Part shown: positions 52,291-64,000 of the stretch, one piece after another
Layout of the letters: each line of letters begins with the position of its first letter
Numbering within the stretch: position 1 is the stretch's first letter
Assembly: GCF_006345805.1 (NCBI RefSeq)
Contig: NC_043018.1
Coordinates: 19,654,001 to 19,718,000, forward strand
Source: Octopus sinensis
Lineage: Eukaryota
Length of the DNA stretch: 64,000 nucleotides
Reading direction: 5' to 3'
Position numbers and translations under genes: made by a program
Notes under the pieces: model-generated
Told to the model about the DNA's origin: nothing
Database searches by the model: none
The model's input: only the letters and a program-made list of their open reading frames with translations

Positions 52291-53154
52291 CAGGAAACAT
52301 AGGAAAGTCCAAAGAAAAAGGAAGAAGGAGGAGAAAAAAAAATATACACACACACACATATACATACATATATAATGATGGGCTTCCATACAGTTTCCAT
52401 CTACCAAATTTACTCACAAGGTTACCTCTGTGCTATAGCAGACTCTTGTCCAAGATGTCACACAGTGGGTCTGAACCCAAAGCTACTTGGTTGCAAAGCA
52501 AGCTTCTTAAACCATACAGCCATGGCGGCACCTGGTGCTTATGGACAAATTGATGATATTCCATCCAAATTTTTATTGGTTTGGCATTTTCACTTCAAAG
52601 AATTCTGTGATTCCAAAGAATACTTTCTCATTAATTCCTAGCAATTAAAAATGGACTTGTCATGGAAGTTCACAGTTGGTTATCCAAGACATTTATCCTG
52701 CAGTAAATATACCAGAATCAACTATCATTGGCTGATTCATGTTTTCAAAGAAAGAATTCTTTGGTTTAGGGTCATTTTTTTTTTTCCTTAATTTTGATTA
52801 AACAAATTATTAGAAGATAATTTTCACATTCCTAGTAATTTAGCTGTGAGATAATCTATGCAAATGTCAATTAATGGAAATAGTTTAATTGAAAGTATTT
52901 TCTTCCGTTGCTGTCAGCATTGCTTCAATGTGATTTTATTCTGTAGAAAAGTTGGATACAAAAACTTCCTACTGTTTACATGCATATTATGGTCGTCCAC
53001 CTCTCCCCCTCCCTCACACCCTCTCTCCCTGCCTCTGCTCTCATTTTATATATATATATGTTTGTGTGTGTGTGTTTGTATTTATATATATATATATAAT
53101 ATATATATATACATATGACATTCACTCTACTTTCTGGCAAGAAATCCAGCTGTA

Positions 53155-53314
53155 TAGGAGTGGCTGTGTGGTAAGTAGCTTGCTTACCAACCACATAGTT
53201 CCGGGTTCAGTCCCACTGCGTGGCATCTTGGGCAAGTGTCTACTATGGCCTTGGGCCGACCAAAGCCTTGTCAGTGGATTTGGTAGATGGAAACTGAAAG
53301 AAGCCCATCATATA

Positions 53315-53369
<55 letters not shown>

Positions 53370-53634
53370 TTGTATGTATATATATATATATACATATTTG
53401 TATGTATATATATGTAATGTGTGTGTATATGTTTGTGTGTCTATGTTTGTCCCCCCAACATCACTTGACAACTGATGCTGGTGTGTTTACGTCCCTGTAA
53501 CTTAGCGGTTCGGCAAAAGAGACCGATAGAATAAGTACTAGGCTTATAAAGAATAAGTCCTGAGGTTGATTTGCTCGACTAAAGGCAGTGCTCCAGCATG
53601 GCCACAGTCAAATGACTGAAACAAGTAAAAGAGT
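53155..53634 (+). mobile_element. Family A SINE
   Basis: Full pattern. Confidence 0.9.
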
Positions 53635-53993
53635 ATATATATACACACACACATATCCATACATCCATCCATACATACATACATACATATATATATATTT
53701 ATTTAAACATATGTACATATACACATGTATCTCGTTCCCCCTATCTCTCTCTATATATGTAAATGGATGTGAGTATGTGTGTCGATATATATGTATATAC
53801 TTACACACAAGCACACATACATGCATGCTCTCACTGACACACACACACACACACACACACACATGTGTAATTACATACACACTCAAAAGCACACAATGCC
53901 TATCACATGAGTTGAGGACAGGTGTTTCTAAACTACCAACTACCTTTTGTTGCACTTAATACTTCACCTTCAATGCCAGACAAGTGTTTTCAC

Positions 53994-54161
53994 CGAATGC
54001 TTAGCGTGGTGGCGGCATCTGTAGCATTGTGGACAGTTTCACTGTTGGCGGAGAAACTACAACTTGTTCTCGACGGCTTTAAGTTGTCAAAGACAATTTC
54101 TGCTTTCTTTCCGTTTTTTGTTTCATTTTTGTTTTCTTTTTCTTCTTCTTTTTTTTCTTTT
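53994..54161 (-). CDS. Candidate internal coding exon KEKKEEEKENKNETKNGKKAEIVFDNLKPSRTSCSFSANSETVHNATDAATTLSI (phase 2-2, 168 nt)
   Basis: Acceptor CTGACTTTCAG; only one open frame; donor CG|GTGAAA, or a stop TGA at 53990-53992. Confidence 0.4.
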
Positions 54162-54530
54162 CTGAAAGTCAGATGTCTAAAACAAGACAAATGACAGAAC
54201 AAAACACAATGCCTCCAAGAACTTTAATAATAAACTAGAATATAGGTTGTATTCTTTATTCATGAATCTATATATATATATATATTATATATATATATAT
54301 ATAAATAATAATAAATATTAGGGAATAAATCCAAATTTACAAGGAAAAATCAGATTTAAGATTGAATCCAATTTTATAATAAAATATTATATTATAATAA
54401 ATTAGAGACAAAACGATCGTAGTGGTTATTCATTTGTTAAATTTAATTTATATAAATTATTTTATATTTTATGTATTGGCTTAAGTCTTTCTTTGTTTGA
54501 TTTGCATAATAGTGGTTTTGTCTCTAATTT

Positions 54531-54570
<40 letters not shown>

Positions 54571-54646
54571 AGATGTTTTATATGTGTTTATGGATACATT
54601 ATAGCAGACTGCTACAATGAATCTGCTATAATGAATCTATAAACAC

Positions 54647-55058
54647 ATAGGCGCAGGAGTGGCTGTGTGGTGAGTGGCTTGCTAACCAGCCACATGGTTC
54701 CGGGTTCAGTCCCACTGCGTGGCATCTTGGGCAAGTGTCTTCTGCTATAGCCCTGGGCCGACCAATGCCTTGTGAGTGGATTTGGTAGACGGAAACTGAA
54801 AGAAACCTGTCGTATATATGTATATATGTATATATATGTATGTGTGTGTGTGTATTTGTGTGTCTGTGTTTGTCCCTATAGCATTGCTTGACAACCGATG
54901 CTGGTGTGTTTACTTCCCCGTCACTTAGCGGTTCGGCAAAAGAGAACGATGGAATAAGTACTGGGCTTACAAGGAATAAGACCTGGGGTCGATTTGCTCG
55001 ATTAAAGGCGGTGCTCCAGCATGGCCGCAGTCGAATGACTGAAACAAGTAAAAGAGTA
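54647..55058 (+). mobile_element. Family A SINE, young subfamily
   Basis: Full pattern. Confidence 0.9.
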
Positions 55059-55344
55059 CATATAAAACATCCAAGGGTATATTTTTTACCCTCTGAAGAT
55101 AAATTGCTCAGGTCATATAAATTTAATGTTTACCGAGTATTAATTGAAACAGCTGTAAAGAAGGATGATTAATTTGCTGTTAATAATGAACAATTATTAA
55201 CTTCCCATTCTCCACTTTCTTTTTCTTCTTTTATATGAATATAAACTATGTTTTTATATATATATAACTATTATTTTACGGAAACTTATTCCTCCAAAAT
55301 ACTAGGTATTGAACCAGTATTTCCTTGGATGACACCATCCCATT

Positions 55345-55692
55345 ATGAAGTGAACACAACCTCTAATCGACTTTCTATGTACATCACCGTGATCACCGTG
55401 ACCGACCAGACTATCAGATGTTGCTACACATCACTGGTCACAATGCGCTTCGTATTGTTTTAGCCTTCAAATGACGCCAACCCGCTGGCTAAGCGAGCAG
55501 ACCAACAGAAGAAAGAGTGAGAGAAAGTTGTGGCGAAAGAGTACAGCAGGGATCGTCACCACACCTGCTGGAGCATAGTGGAGCTTTAGGTGTTTTTGCT
55601 CAATGAACACACACAACGCCCGGTCTGGGAATCGAAACCGCGATCCTACGACCGTGAGTCTGCTGCCCTAACCACTGGGCCATTGCGCCTCC
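55345..55692 (-). mobile_element. Family F tRNA-derived SINE
   Basis: Minus-strand head GGAGGCGCAATGGCCCAGTGGTTAGGGCAGCAGACTCACGGTCGTAGGATCGCGGTTTCGATTCCC with A and B boxes, followed by a non-tRNA body. Confidence 0.75.
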
Positions 55693-56629
55693 ATATATAT
55701 ATATATATAGTGAGAATTTACAAAAAAACAAAGGATGAAGATGGGTGTGTAAGCAACAAACAGATGTATTAGTTTAACACTCGGGAAGTGAGATCATTTA
55801 CGTTTCGGGCCATGTATATGCAGATGTATGTAAGCATATGGATATGAAAATAAACAGATCAACATACAGACGGATAGGTACATAGGTTTTATGTACAGAC
55901 AAGCACACATAGGCAAATGGAAACTGAAATACATGACCATATATACCCACACACTTTACTTCACACAAGGACACATACGGAGACACGGGTCCACACATAT
56001 GGAGATGCACATCCATACATACAAACACAGTACATAGTGGCAACACACACTCAGACACACACACACACTCAGACATGCACACACAAGGAGACAGAGGTGC
56101 ATACATATACAAACACACACACACACATACATAAAAAAAATGCACAAACACGGACATGCAAGCACATGAATATGCAGAATACATACATACAGATGCACAC
56201 ATGCATACATATATACATATGCATACACACACATATATACATACATATATACATACATACATACATACATACATACATACATACATACATACATACATAC
56301 ATACATACATACATACATGCATGCATAAGCACACACACACACACACACACTGACCCACACACATGTGCAGTGTAAATGACGGACAGAGTCAAGACTATTT
56401 GAAAAGGTTGCAAGACGCAACGAAAATTTTAGGAAAATAAAAATAAGAAATAAGTGGAAATTTTACCAGTGAGTGTGTTAAATTATAAGGCACCAAAAGA
56501 GAATGACTCTCTCCAGACACAACAGAATATGCTTCAACACACGAACTCACATAAAGAATCTTGTAAACCAAATCCCCAAACGAAATATATATATATATGT
56601 ATATGTTTTTCTGTATGTATATATATATA

Positions 56630-56804
56630 TAGGCGCAGGAGTGGCTGTGTGGTAAGTAGCTTGCTAACCAACCACATGGTTCCGGGTTCAGTCCCACTAC
56701 GTGGCATCTTGGGCAAGTCTCTTCTGCTATAGCCCTGGGCCGACCAATGCCTTGTGAGTGGATTTGGTAGACGGAAACTGAAAGAAGCATGTTGTATATA
56801 TGTA

Positions 56805-56850
<46 letters not shown>

Positions 56851-57072
56851 ATGTGCTTGTGTGTCTGTGTTTGTCCCCCTAGCATTGCTTGACAACCGAT
56901 GCTGGTGTGTTTACGTCCCTGTCACTTAGCGGTTCGGCAAAAGAGACAGATAGAATAAGTACTGGGCTTACAAAGAATAAGTCCCGGGGTCGATTTGCTC
57001 GACTAAAGGCGGTGCTCCAGCATGGCCACAGTCAAATGACTGAAACATGTAAAAGAGATAAAAGAGAAAAAG
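56630..57072 (+). mobile_element. Family A SINE, young subfamily
   Basis: Full pattern. Confidence 0.9.
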
Positions 57073-57138
57073 AGAGATATATTACATACACACATACGCA
57101 CGCCACATAATCATCTGTTACCTCCAAACTGTCCTTAC

Positions 57139-57191
57139 TTCTCCCCGCCACACACAACCTGACATTTTTTTTTTGTCTTTCTTGTCATCAT
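57139..57191 (-). CDS. Candidate first coding exon MMTRKTKKKCQVVCGGE (phase 2)
   Basis: Strong donor AA|GTAAGG at 57138-57133; phase matches the 54161 acceptor; CpG-containing unique DNA upstream (57200-57560). Confidence 0.3.
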
Positions 57192-57584
57192 CTGACTTAA
57201 TGTGAACCATAATCAAACAACTTTAAAATAGAATAATTTTTCGGAAACAAAACGACATCTTTTTAGCTTGAAATGTCTGTCTGTTTGTCTCCGTTGTCCA
57301 TCTTTGTTTAGCGATAATGAGAGGGACAGCTTCTTTTGTTTTGATATTTCTCTTGAAGAAATACCGTTTCTTCAAGAAGTAAATCTACTAATTTAATCGT
57401 AACCTTCACCCGAATGTCGTCCGTTTTGTGAGGTCAGTTCGTATTAGTCCGTCTGTTTGTCTGAACGGAGTAGCGAGGCTAATTCTATTAGCTTTACTTT
57501 CAATTTAAATTCAGTTTATTTCGAACAGATGTCATGAAAATCACGAAAATATTTCTCACAGAGATTTCCTAACTAGTCTGCTTA

Positions 57585-57986
57585 CTCTATTACTTGTTTC
57601 AGTCATTTGACTGCGGCCATGCTGGAGCACCGCCTTTAATCGAGCAACTCGACCCCGGGACTTATTCTTTGTAAGCCCAGTACTTATTCTATCAGTCTCT
57701 TTTTGCCAAACCGCTAAGTGACGGGGACGTAAACACACCAGCATCGGTTGTCAAGCAAAGCTAGGGGGACAAACACAGGCACACAAACACACACGCACAC
57801 ATATATATACATATATACATATATACGACGGGCTTCTTTCAGTTTCCGTCTACCAAATCCACTCACAAGGCTTTGGTCGGCCCGAGGCTATAGTAGAAGA
57901 CACTTGCCCAAGGTGCCACGCAGTGGGACTGAACCCGGAACCATGTGGTTGGTAAGCAAGCTACTTACCACACAGCCACGCCTGCA
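57585..57986 (-). mobile_element. Family A SINE
   Basis: Reverse-complement full copy. Confidence 0.9.
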
Positions 57987-58444
57987 CTTGTTGCAGGCTC
58001 AATGACTGATTGTCACTTGGTTTTCTATATATTCCAAGCTGGAGCAAATTACTTCTATCTCAAGCAGACAGATGTCCCCCACTGACAATGGGCACAAACA
58101 GCCTGAAACTGTAAGGTCTAGGGATCCAGATGTTTGCTGCAAGATGGTAGGGGTTTGCTCCCCTGCTTGCTATATATACCAAGTGCAGATTGCATTGATA
58201 ACCAGCTGGAGGAGGCTCCTCCTGTGGTTAAAAATAGTAGTAACATTGATGCCTATGGAACAGTCATATTGTTTTGGCAATAAACAGTCCTCTTCAGAAT
58301 TGTTACCATTTTCTTCTCTTATTGAAATTTTTTAACTACTTGGCTTATCTTAAAAGAGTTCGGTGGTTAAATTGTTATGGTAGTAGGCCCACAAGCCTTA
58401 GCCCCTGCAGCAAAGGACAGGTCACATGGCTACTTTTCCAACAG

Positions 58445-58862
58445 GCACAAACATAGCTGTGTGGTTAAGAAACTTGCTTTGGAACTATGTGGTTTTAGGT
58501 TCAATCCCATTACATGGCACTTTGAGCAAGTGTCTTCTATAGATTTGGGCCGGGCCAACCAAAGCCTTGTGACTGGATTTGCTAGGTGGAAAATGAAAGA
58601 AGCCCGTCATATATATATATATATATACATACACACACACACACACACACACACATACATATATGCATATGTGTATGTGTTTTTGTGTTTGTTCCACCAC
58701 TTCTGGACCACTGGTGTTTGTTTACATCCTTGTAACTTAGCGGCTTGGTAAAAGAAATTGATAGAATGAGTACCAGATTTTAAAATAAGTACTGGGATCT
58801 ATTTGTTTCACTGAATCCTTTGAAGTGATACTCCAGCATGGCCACAGTCCGGTGACTGAAAA
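58445..58862 (+). mobile_element. Family A-related SINE, older and diverged
   Basis: Same architecture with many substitutions. Confidence 0.7.
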
Positions 58863-59053
58863 ATACCCCATTCCTTATAGTGGTATCTTTCACATGGTAC
58901 CTACTTGAAGTTTATACAGTACCTCCACCCCATTGTTTATAATAGTAAGTTGTATCTACCAAGTGGTACCCATTTACAGTGTAATAGACTTAACCATTTG
59001 GGAGGTTAATGTCAATTATATTATGTTGTGTAAATCATTGGTTAGGGAATGTC

Positions 59054-59366
59054 ATCAGATAATCAGTTCTATATTTAAGAGATGAGGAATTATGTACATT
59101 TGACGAATATTTGTCCTCATCTTGTTTGTTGTTAACACGTTTCAGCTGATATATGCTCCAGACTTCTTCAGGTGTCTTGGGGAAATTTCAAACCTGGGTT
59201 CTCACCCCTAAGGTATTTTCAATGATGATTTCGTCAGCGTCGGCGTCATCATCATTCAGGTCACTGCCTGGAATCAAACTCGGACATACGGCATAGTAGT
59301 TAAGAGCACGGGTTACTAACCCTAAGATTCTGAGTTCGATCCCAGGCAGCCACCTGAATAATAATG

Positions 59367-59407
<41 letters not shown>

Positions 59408-59591
59408 TATAATAATATAACAACAACAACATCGAAAAATACCTTAGAAATGAGAACCCAGGTTTGAAATTTCCTCAAGATACCTGATGAAGGCTGGAAG
59501 GTATATCAGCCGAAATGCTGTGTTAACAACAAACAAGATGAGGACAAATATCCATCAAATGTAAATAATGTAAATAATCAGATAATCAGTT
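59054..59591. mobile_element. Fold-back retroelement: outer inverted arms with hammerhead-like motifs, tRNA-like centre, 15-bp flanking direct repeat
   Basis: 59095-59220 pairs with 59434-59563; inner arms about 59253-59283 / 59330-59359; ATCAGATAATCAGTT at 59054-59068 and 59577-59591. Confidence 0.75.
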
Positions 59592-60061
59592 GGCAAGTTA
59601 GCTAACATCTAAAGACGAAGTCTATATATTTTGATGCCAACTTTCTCAAACACACACACATACGCACGGACTAATTGAAATGAATTTTAAAGTACAGAGT
59701 GTATTTTCATAACCTGCTTGTAACTGCCTCTAGTTCTATGATAGAAATCCCCTTTTATAAAGCAATCTAAATTAGAACCTTCCTGAAAAATTTCCTGTTA
59801 ATTTATGTTCCAAACGCTGGTTTGATAATGATGAAGTTACTTCGTTAAATTCTTCGTTATTTTTAGAATTAATTGAATCAAAAGAAGTGAATTTCAACAG
59901 AAATGTGTTGTAACAAATGATTTTAACTCCTGTGAATATAACTCTTGCAACAAACACCAGATTAATTATGACAGAATTATTTGCGTAAATTTTTCATTAA
60001 TTTGAAAATTAATTGAAACATATGCAGTGCATTTTTACAGAAATACAGCCGCGGAAAGGTT

Positions 60062-60212
60062 TCATCATCATCATCATCATCATCATCATTTAGCATCCGT
60101 TTTCCATGCTAGCATGGGTTGGACGGTTCAACTGGGGTCTGTGAAGCTGGAAGGCTTCATCAGGCCCAGTCTGATCTGGCAGTGTTTCTACGGCTGGATG
60201 CCCTTCCTAACG
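60062..60212 (-). mobile_element. Family B 3' end
   Basis: (CAT)n tail followed by family B motifs. Confidence 0.8.
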
Positions 60213-60272
60213 TTTAAACACTGTAAATTTAAACCTTGCAACAAACACCAGATGAATAATGACAGTTATTTT

Positions 60273-60677
60273 TTTTTACTCTTTTACTTGTTTCAGTCAT
60301 TTGACCGTGGCCATGCTGGAGCACCGCCTTTAGTCGAGCCAATCAACCCCAGGACTTATTCTTTGTAAGCCTAGTACTTATTCTATTGGTCTCTTTTGCC
60401 AAACTGCTAACTTATAGGGACGTAAACACACCAGCATCGGTTGTCAAGCGATGCTGGGGGAACAAACACTGTCACACAAACATACACACTCACACATACA
60501 TATATATATATACGACAGGCTTCTTTCAGTTTCCGTCTACCAAATCCACTCACAAGACTTTGGTCAGCCAGAGGCTATAGTAGAAGACACGTGCCCAAGG
60601 TGCTACGCAGTGGGACTGAACCTGGAACCATGTGGTTGGTTAGCAAGCTACTTACCACACAGCCACTCTTACGCCTA
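60273..60677 (-). mobile_element. Family A SINE
   Basis: Reverse-complement full copy. Confidence 0.9.
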
Positions 60678-61095
60678 TATTTTGGTAAATTATTTTATTA
60701 TTTACAACATTAATTGAAAAACAAAGACAGTGTATCTGAACAGAAATATGATAACAAAAGGGTTAATATCATAAATTGGTAGTTAGTGAATGACATAGTA
60801 TAGTAGTAAATTATTAAGATAGAACGATAGAGACTTTCTCAGTCAACATTGTATAGTAATGCGTTATCAACATCGTGCAGTAGTATGTTCTAATAGACAT
60901 AGTGTGGCAATATATTTCTAATGGGGGTGATAGTAAGTTTTGCATAAATATAGGTTTGACTGGCAAATTGGGCAGAGACAAAGCTGAGCTTGGAAGGATT
61001 GTTTAGTCTTGCTGAGGGCAAAACAACCACACTGGTGCTGGTGCCTGGTGTCACCCCATGCCACCATAGAATAAATAAATGAAATGCATCTAGTG

Positions 61096-61406
61096 CAGTG
61101 GTTCCCAAAGTGGGTGGTATTGCTGCCCTTGGGGCAGTGAAAGTTCCAAGGGAGTGTTGAAGGAGAGTAGGGGGTGATAATGGGGGAGCAATTCATGTAA
61201 AAAGTGGGGCAATAATGGGGTGACGATTCATGTAAAAGCTACAAAATAATGGGTTCGTTAGGTTAAGTTTTATTTGTGAAATACAATTGCTTTGAATTAG
61301 CTTCAGAAAGAGGTCTGTGGTTGTGATGGTTGGTTGGGGTGGGGGCCCTAGGAATGTGGCCTGGATGTCAAGGGGGCGGCAGCCTGAAAAAGTTTGGGAA
61401 CCACTG
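61096..61406. mobile_element. hAT (Charlie-like) MITE
   Basis: Perfect 14-bp TIR CAGTGGTTCCCAAA and perfect 8-bp TSD ATCTAGTG. Confidence 0.85.
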
Positions 61407-62504
61407 ATCTAGTGCATTGTGTAAAGTAGTTAGTGTTGGGAAGGGTTACCAGATGTGAAAAGGATGTTGACACTGAATCACTAGAACAACTCATGGCCCT
61501 CAAACCTGTTGGATCTTGTCAAACCATGTGACCCTTGAAAGAGGGCATAAGATGATGACAATGATGACAACGGTGGTGGTGGTGGTCGTCGTCGTCGTTG
61601 TAATTGTAATGAAAATGCTGGTGGTGATGATAAGATGATAGTAAGTTTTAATAAAGAGAGTGTTGAAGTAACTTTTTCATATGGTATTGGTTGTGAGTTT
61701 TCATAAATTCATTGTGATTGTAAATTCTGAACTAATATTCAGGATTTAATACTAATGTTTTAAGAAATGAATGAATGCCTCAGCATTGCACTCCCCAATC
61801 TTTATACCAGCAAATTTTGCTCCACAGACACAACAAATGTAGAATGGAGTCTAGTTTAAAAATACACTGAACCAAATTCCAAATTCCTATCCAATCTCTG
61901 CCTAAAACGGTGCAATATGCACATCTGTCTTGCAGTATATGTCTATATGTCTGTCTTTTGCACTTTGTTCACAAATGCTATTCATATAAGACTCTGGACT
62001 TATTTTCATCTAAAAAAATTACAATTCTATCTCTTCGCTAATATTTTCATGTTTCCTCTTCACCACCCTAACCGCTGCCCACCACCAAAAAAAAAAACAA
62101 AAAAAAAAACTTGCTTATTTTACTGGTCTTTCCAAATATTTTCCATTCCTTACCACTTATCTCTAAAATATGCATTTTTTTGTTTGTCCTTGTCTGGCTA
62201 TTTTTACTGCTTCGTTTTAACCTCACCAACTTTACTCGTCTGCTGCTCTTGTCTGTTGGTCTTGTGAATTCATCGTACAAAATTGGGTTTGTCATTTCAC
62301 TGCTGCAGTTTTGAGATCTAATTATTTATTTTTGCTTCTGTTTTCCGTTTTATATCTGTTTGCCCAACCATTCTACTGTTAGTTCTTCCATGCTATTTCA
62401 ATATTTGCTCTTGCCGTGTATGTATATGTATATATACACACACACACATATATATATGTCTGTGTATATATATACACACACACACACATATATATATACA
62501 CATA

Positions 62505-62726
62505 TTACTCTTTTACTCTTTTACTCTTTTACTTGTTTCAGTCATTTGACTGCGGCCATGCTGGAGCACCGCCTTTAGTCGAGCAAATCGACCCCGGGAC
62601 TTATTCTTTGTAAGCCCAGTACTTATTCTATCGGTCTCTTTTGCCGAACCGCTAAGTGACAGGGACGTAAACACACACCAGCATCGGTTGTCAAGCAATG
62701 CTAGGGGGACAAACACAGACACACAA

Positions 62727-62767
<41 letters not shown>

Positions 62768-62933
62768 CATATAAACGACAGGCTTCTTTCAGTTTCCGTC
62801 TACCAAATCCACTCACAAGGCATTGGTCGGCCCGGGGCTATAGCAGAAGACACTTGCCCAAGATGCCACGCAGTGGGATTGAACCCAGAACCATGTGGTT
62901 GGTTAGCAAGCTACTTACCACACAGCCACTCCT
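62505..62933 (-). mobile_element. Family A SINE, young subfamily
   Basis: Reverse-complement full copy. Confidence 0.9.
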
Positions 62934-64000
62934 ATACACACATGTTTCTATGTGTGTATGCATGTGTGTCTGTTCTGAATGTTTTGTGTGTGTGTCTGTG
63001 TGCTAACCTACTCTTAATGTCACCCCTGCAGAGTCTTTGTGTTGTTGTTGTTCTTTAACCCCAACCCCAGGTCAGCTCTGAATGAGAAGACCTATGATCA
63101 AAGGCAATCCAACCAAGACAGTCCTGTTCTTTTTTTCAAGCGGTATATCTAAAACAATGTTATCCAGCGTGTCCTTCTTTTTAATTTAAGACAGCAACTT
63201 CTAATTCAAGGGCGAATTAGCTGCTATTTTTAATCAATTGAGCCACCCTATAGAGACTCATTGGCATGCCATTATGTATTCTATCTTCATTGAAAATAAT
63301 AACCAAATGGATCAATTAATAGGAATATTGGCTCAATTTTTTGCAGGTAGGTGTGGACGTGACTCTCTGGTCAAAGAGCTATCTGCCCACCAATGTGGTT
63401 CCAGGTTCAGCTCCATTGCATGGCACCTTGGGCTAGTGTTTTCTATTATAGGCTCACTGTCGACCAAAGTGTTTAGATTGGATTTTGTTGGCAGAAATTG
63501 AAAGAAGCCTCTCACACATGTGTATTTATCTGCCCATTTCTCAGTTTATCTGCTTAACCGTCTATCCATCTCTCCATTCATCTGTCCATCCGTCTGTCTG
63601 TCCATTTGCTTTTGTAGACAGAAATTGAAAGAAGCTTTTTATGTCTTTGGGGTTGAATATCTATCTTGTTGCCAACAATGATATGACAACATTGGGTTGT
63701 ACATAAGGGTGTAGGAATAGTATTACCCTAATAAATATTTGGATATGGTTATCTGGAATAACCTTTTGCAGAATTAATATGTTCATGCAGAACGTAGTCT
63801 GTACTACGATGTCAAACTAACACAGTCATCCAATATGGAATGGTCGACGCTGTCAACTGCCGACAGTTCACACAATTTCTTTATTTTTTTGAAATGTGTC
63901 AGACCACTTTTAATCACTTGGGAGATATCAGGATCCTTCCACAACAAAATATCTTATGTATGTATATCTATTTCCTTGTTTGTCTATTTATCTACTTACC

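Noticed and set aside
56889-57110. Recurrent ORFs such as [22 protein letters not shown] and MSSNARGTNTDT
   Set aside because: They recur only because they are translations of family A SINE copies
58039-58335. Open frame of about 98 codons after a CCAAG acceptor
   Set aside because: Overlapping open frames on both strands and no recognisable domain; may be a decayed LINE fragment, so mentioned only in the speculative exon chain

Overview
AT-rich, repeat-saturated animal DNA. The repeat families look to me like those of Octopus; that is recall and inference, not a database result. There is no bacterial operon, CRISPR array, rRNA or intact tRNA, and no protein-coding gene I can name. Most ORFs in the track are microsatellite or SINE artefacts. 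Contents: about 25 copies of a bipartite tRNA-derived SINE with an internal microsatellite; about 13 5'-truncated 3' ends of an RTE-type LINE carrying a 60-62 bp minisatellite and (GAT)n tail; three other SINE families; RTE and CR1 LINE tails; DD37D mariner and Tc1 remnants; four non-autonomous Helitrons; hAT-, mariner- and Kolobok-type MITEs; and Penelope-like fragments. The most notable observation is at least six distinct families of minimal type I hammerhead-ribozyme-like motifs (CUGANGA...GAAA with a palindromic stem III). Two of them sit in both polarities inside long fold-back elements (14757-15149 and 59054-59591). Weak, phase-consistent exon candidates suggest a + strand gene starting near 20.3 kb and a - strand gene starting near 57.2 kb, with young inverted SINE pairs in the intervening DNA.
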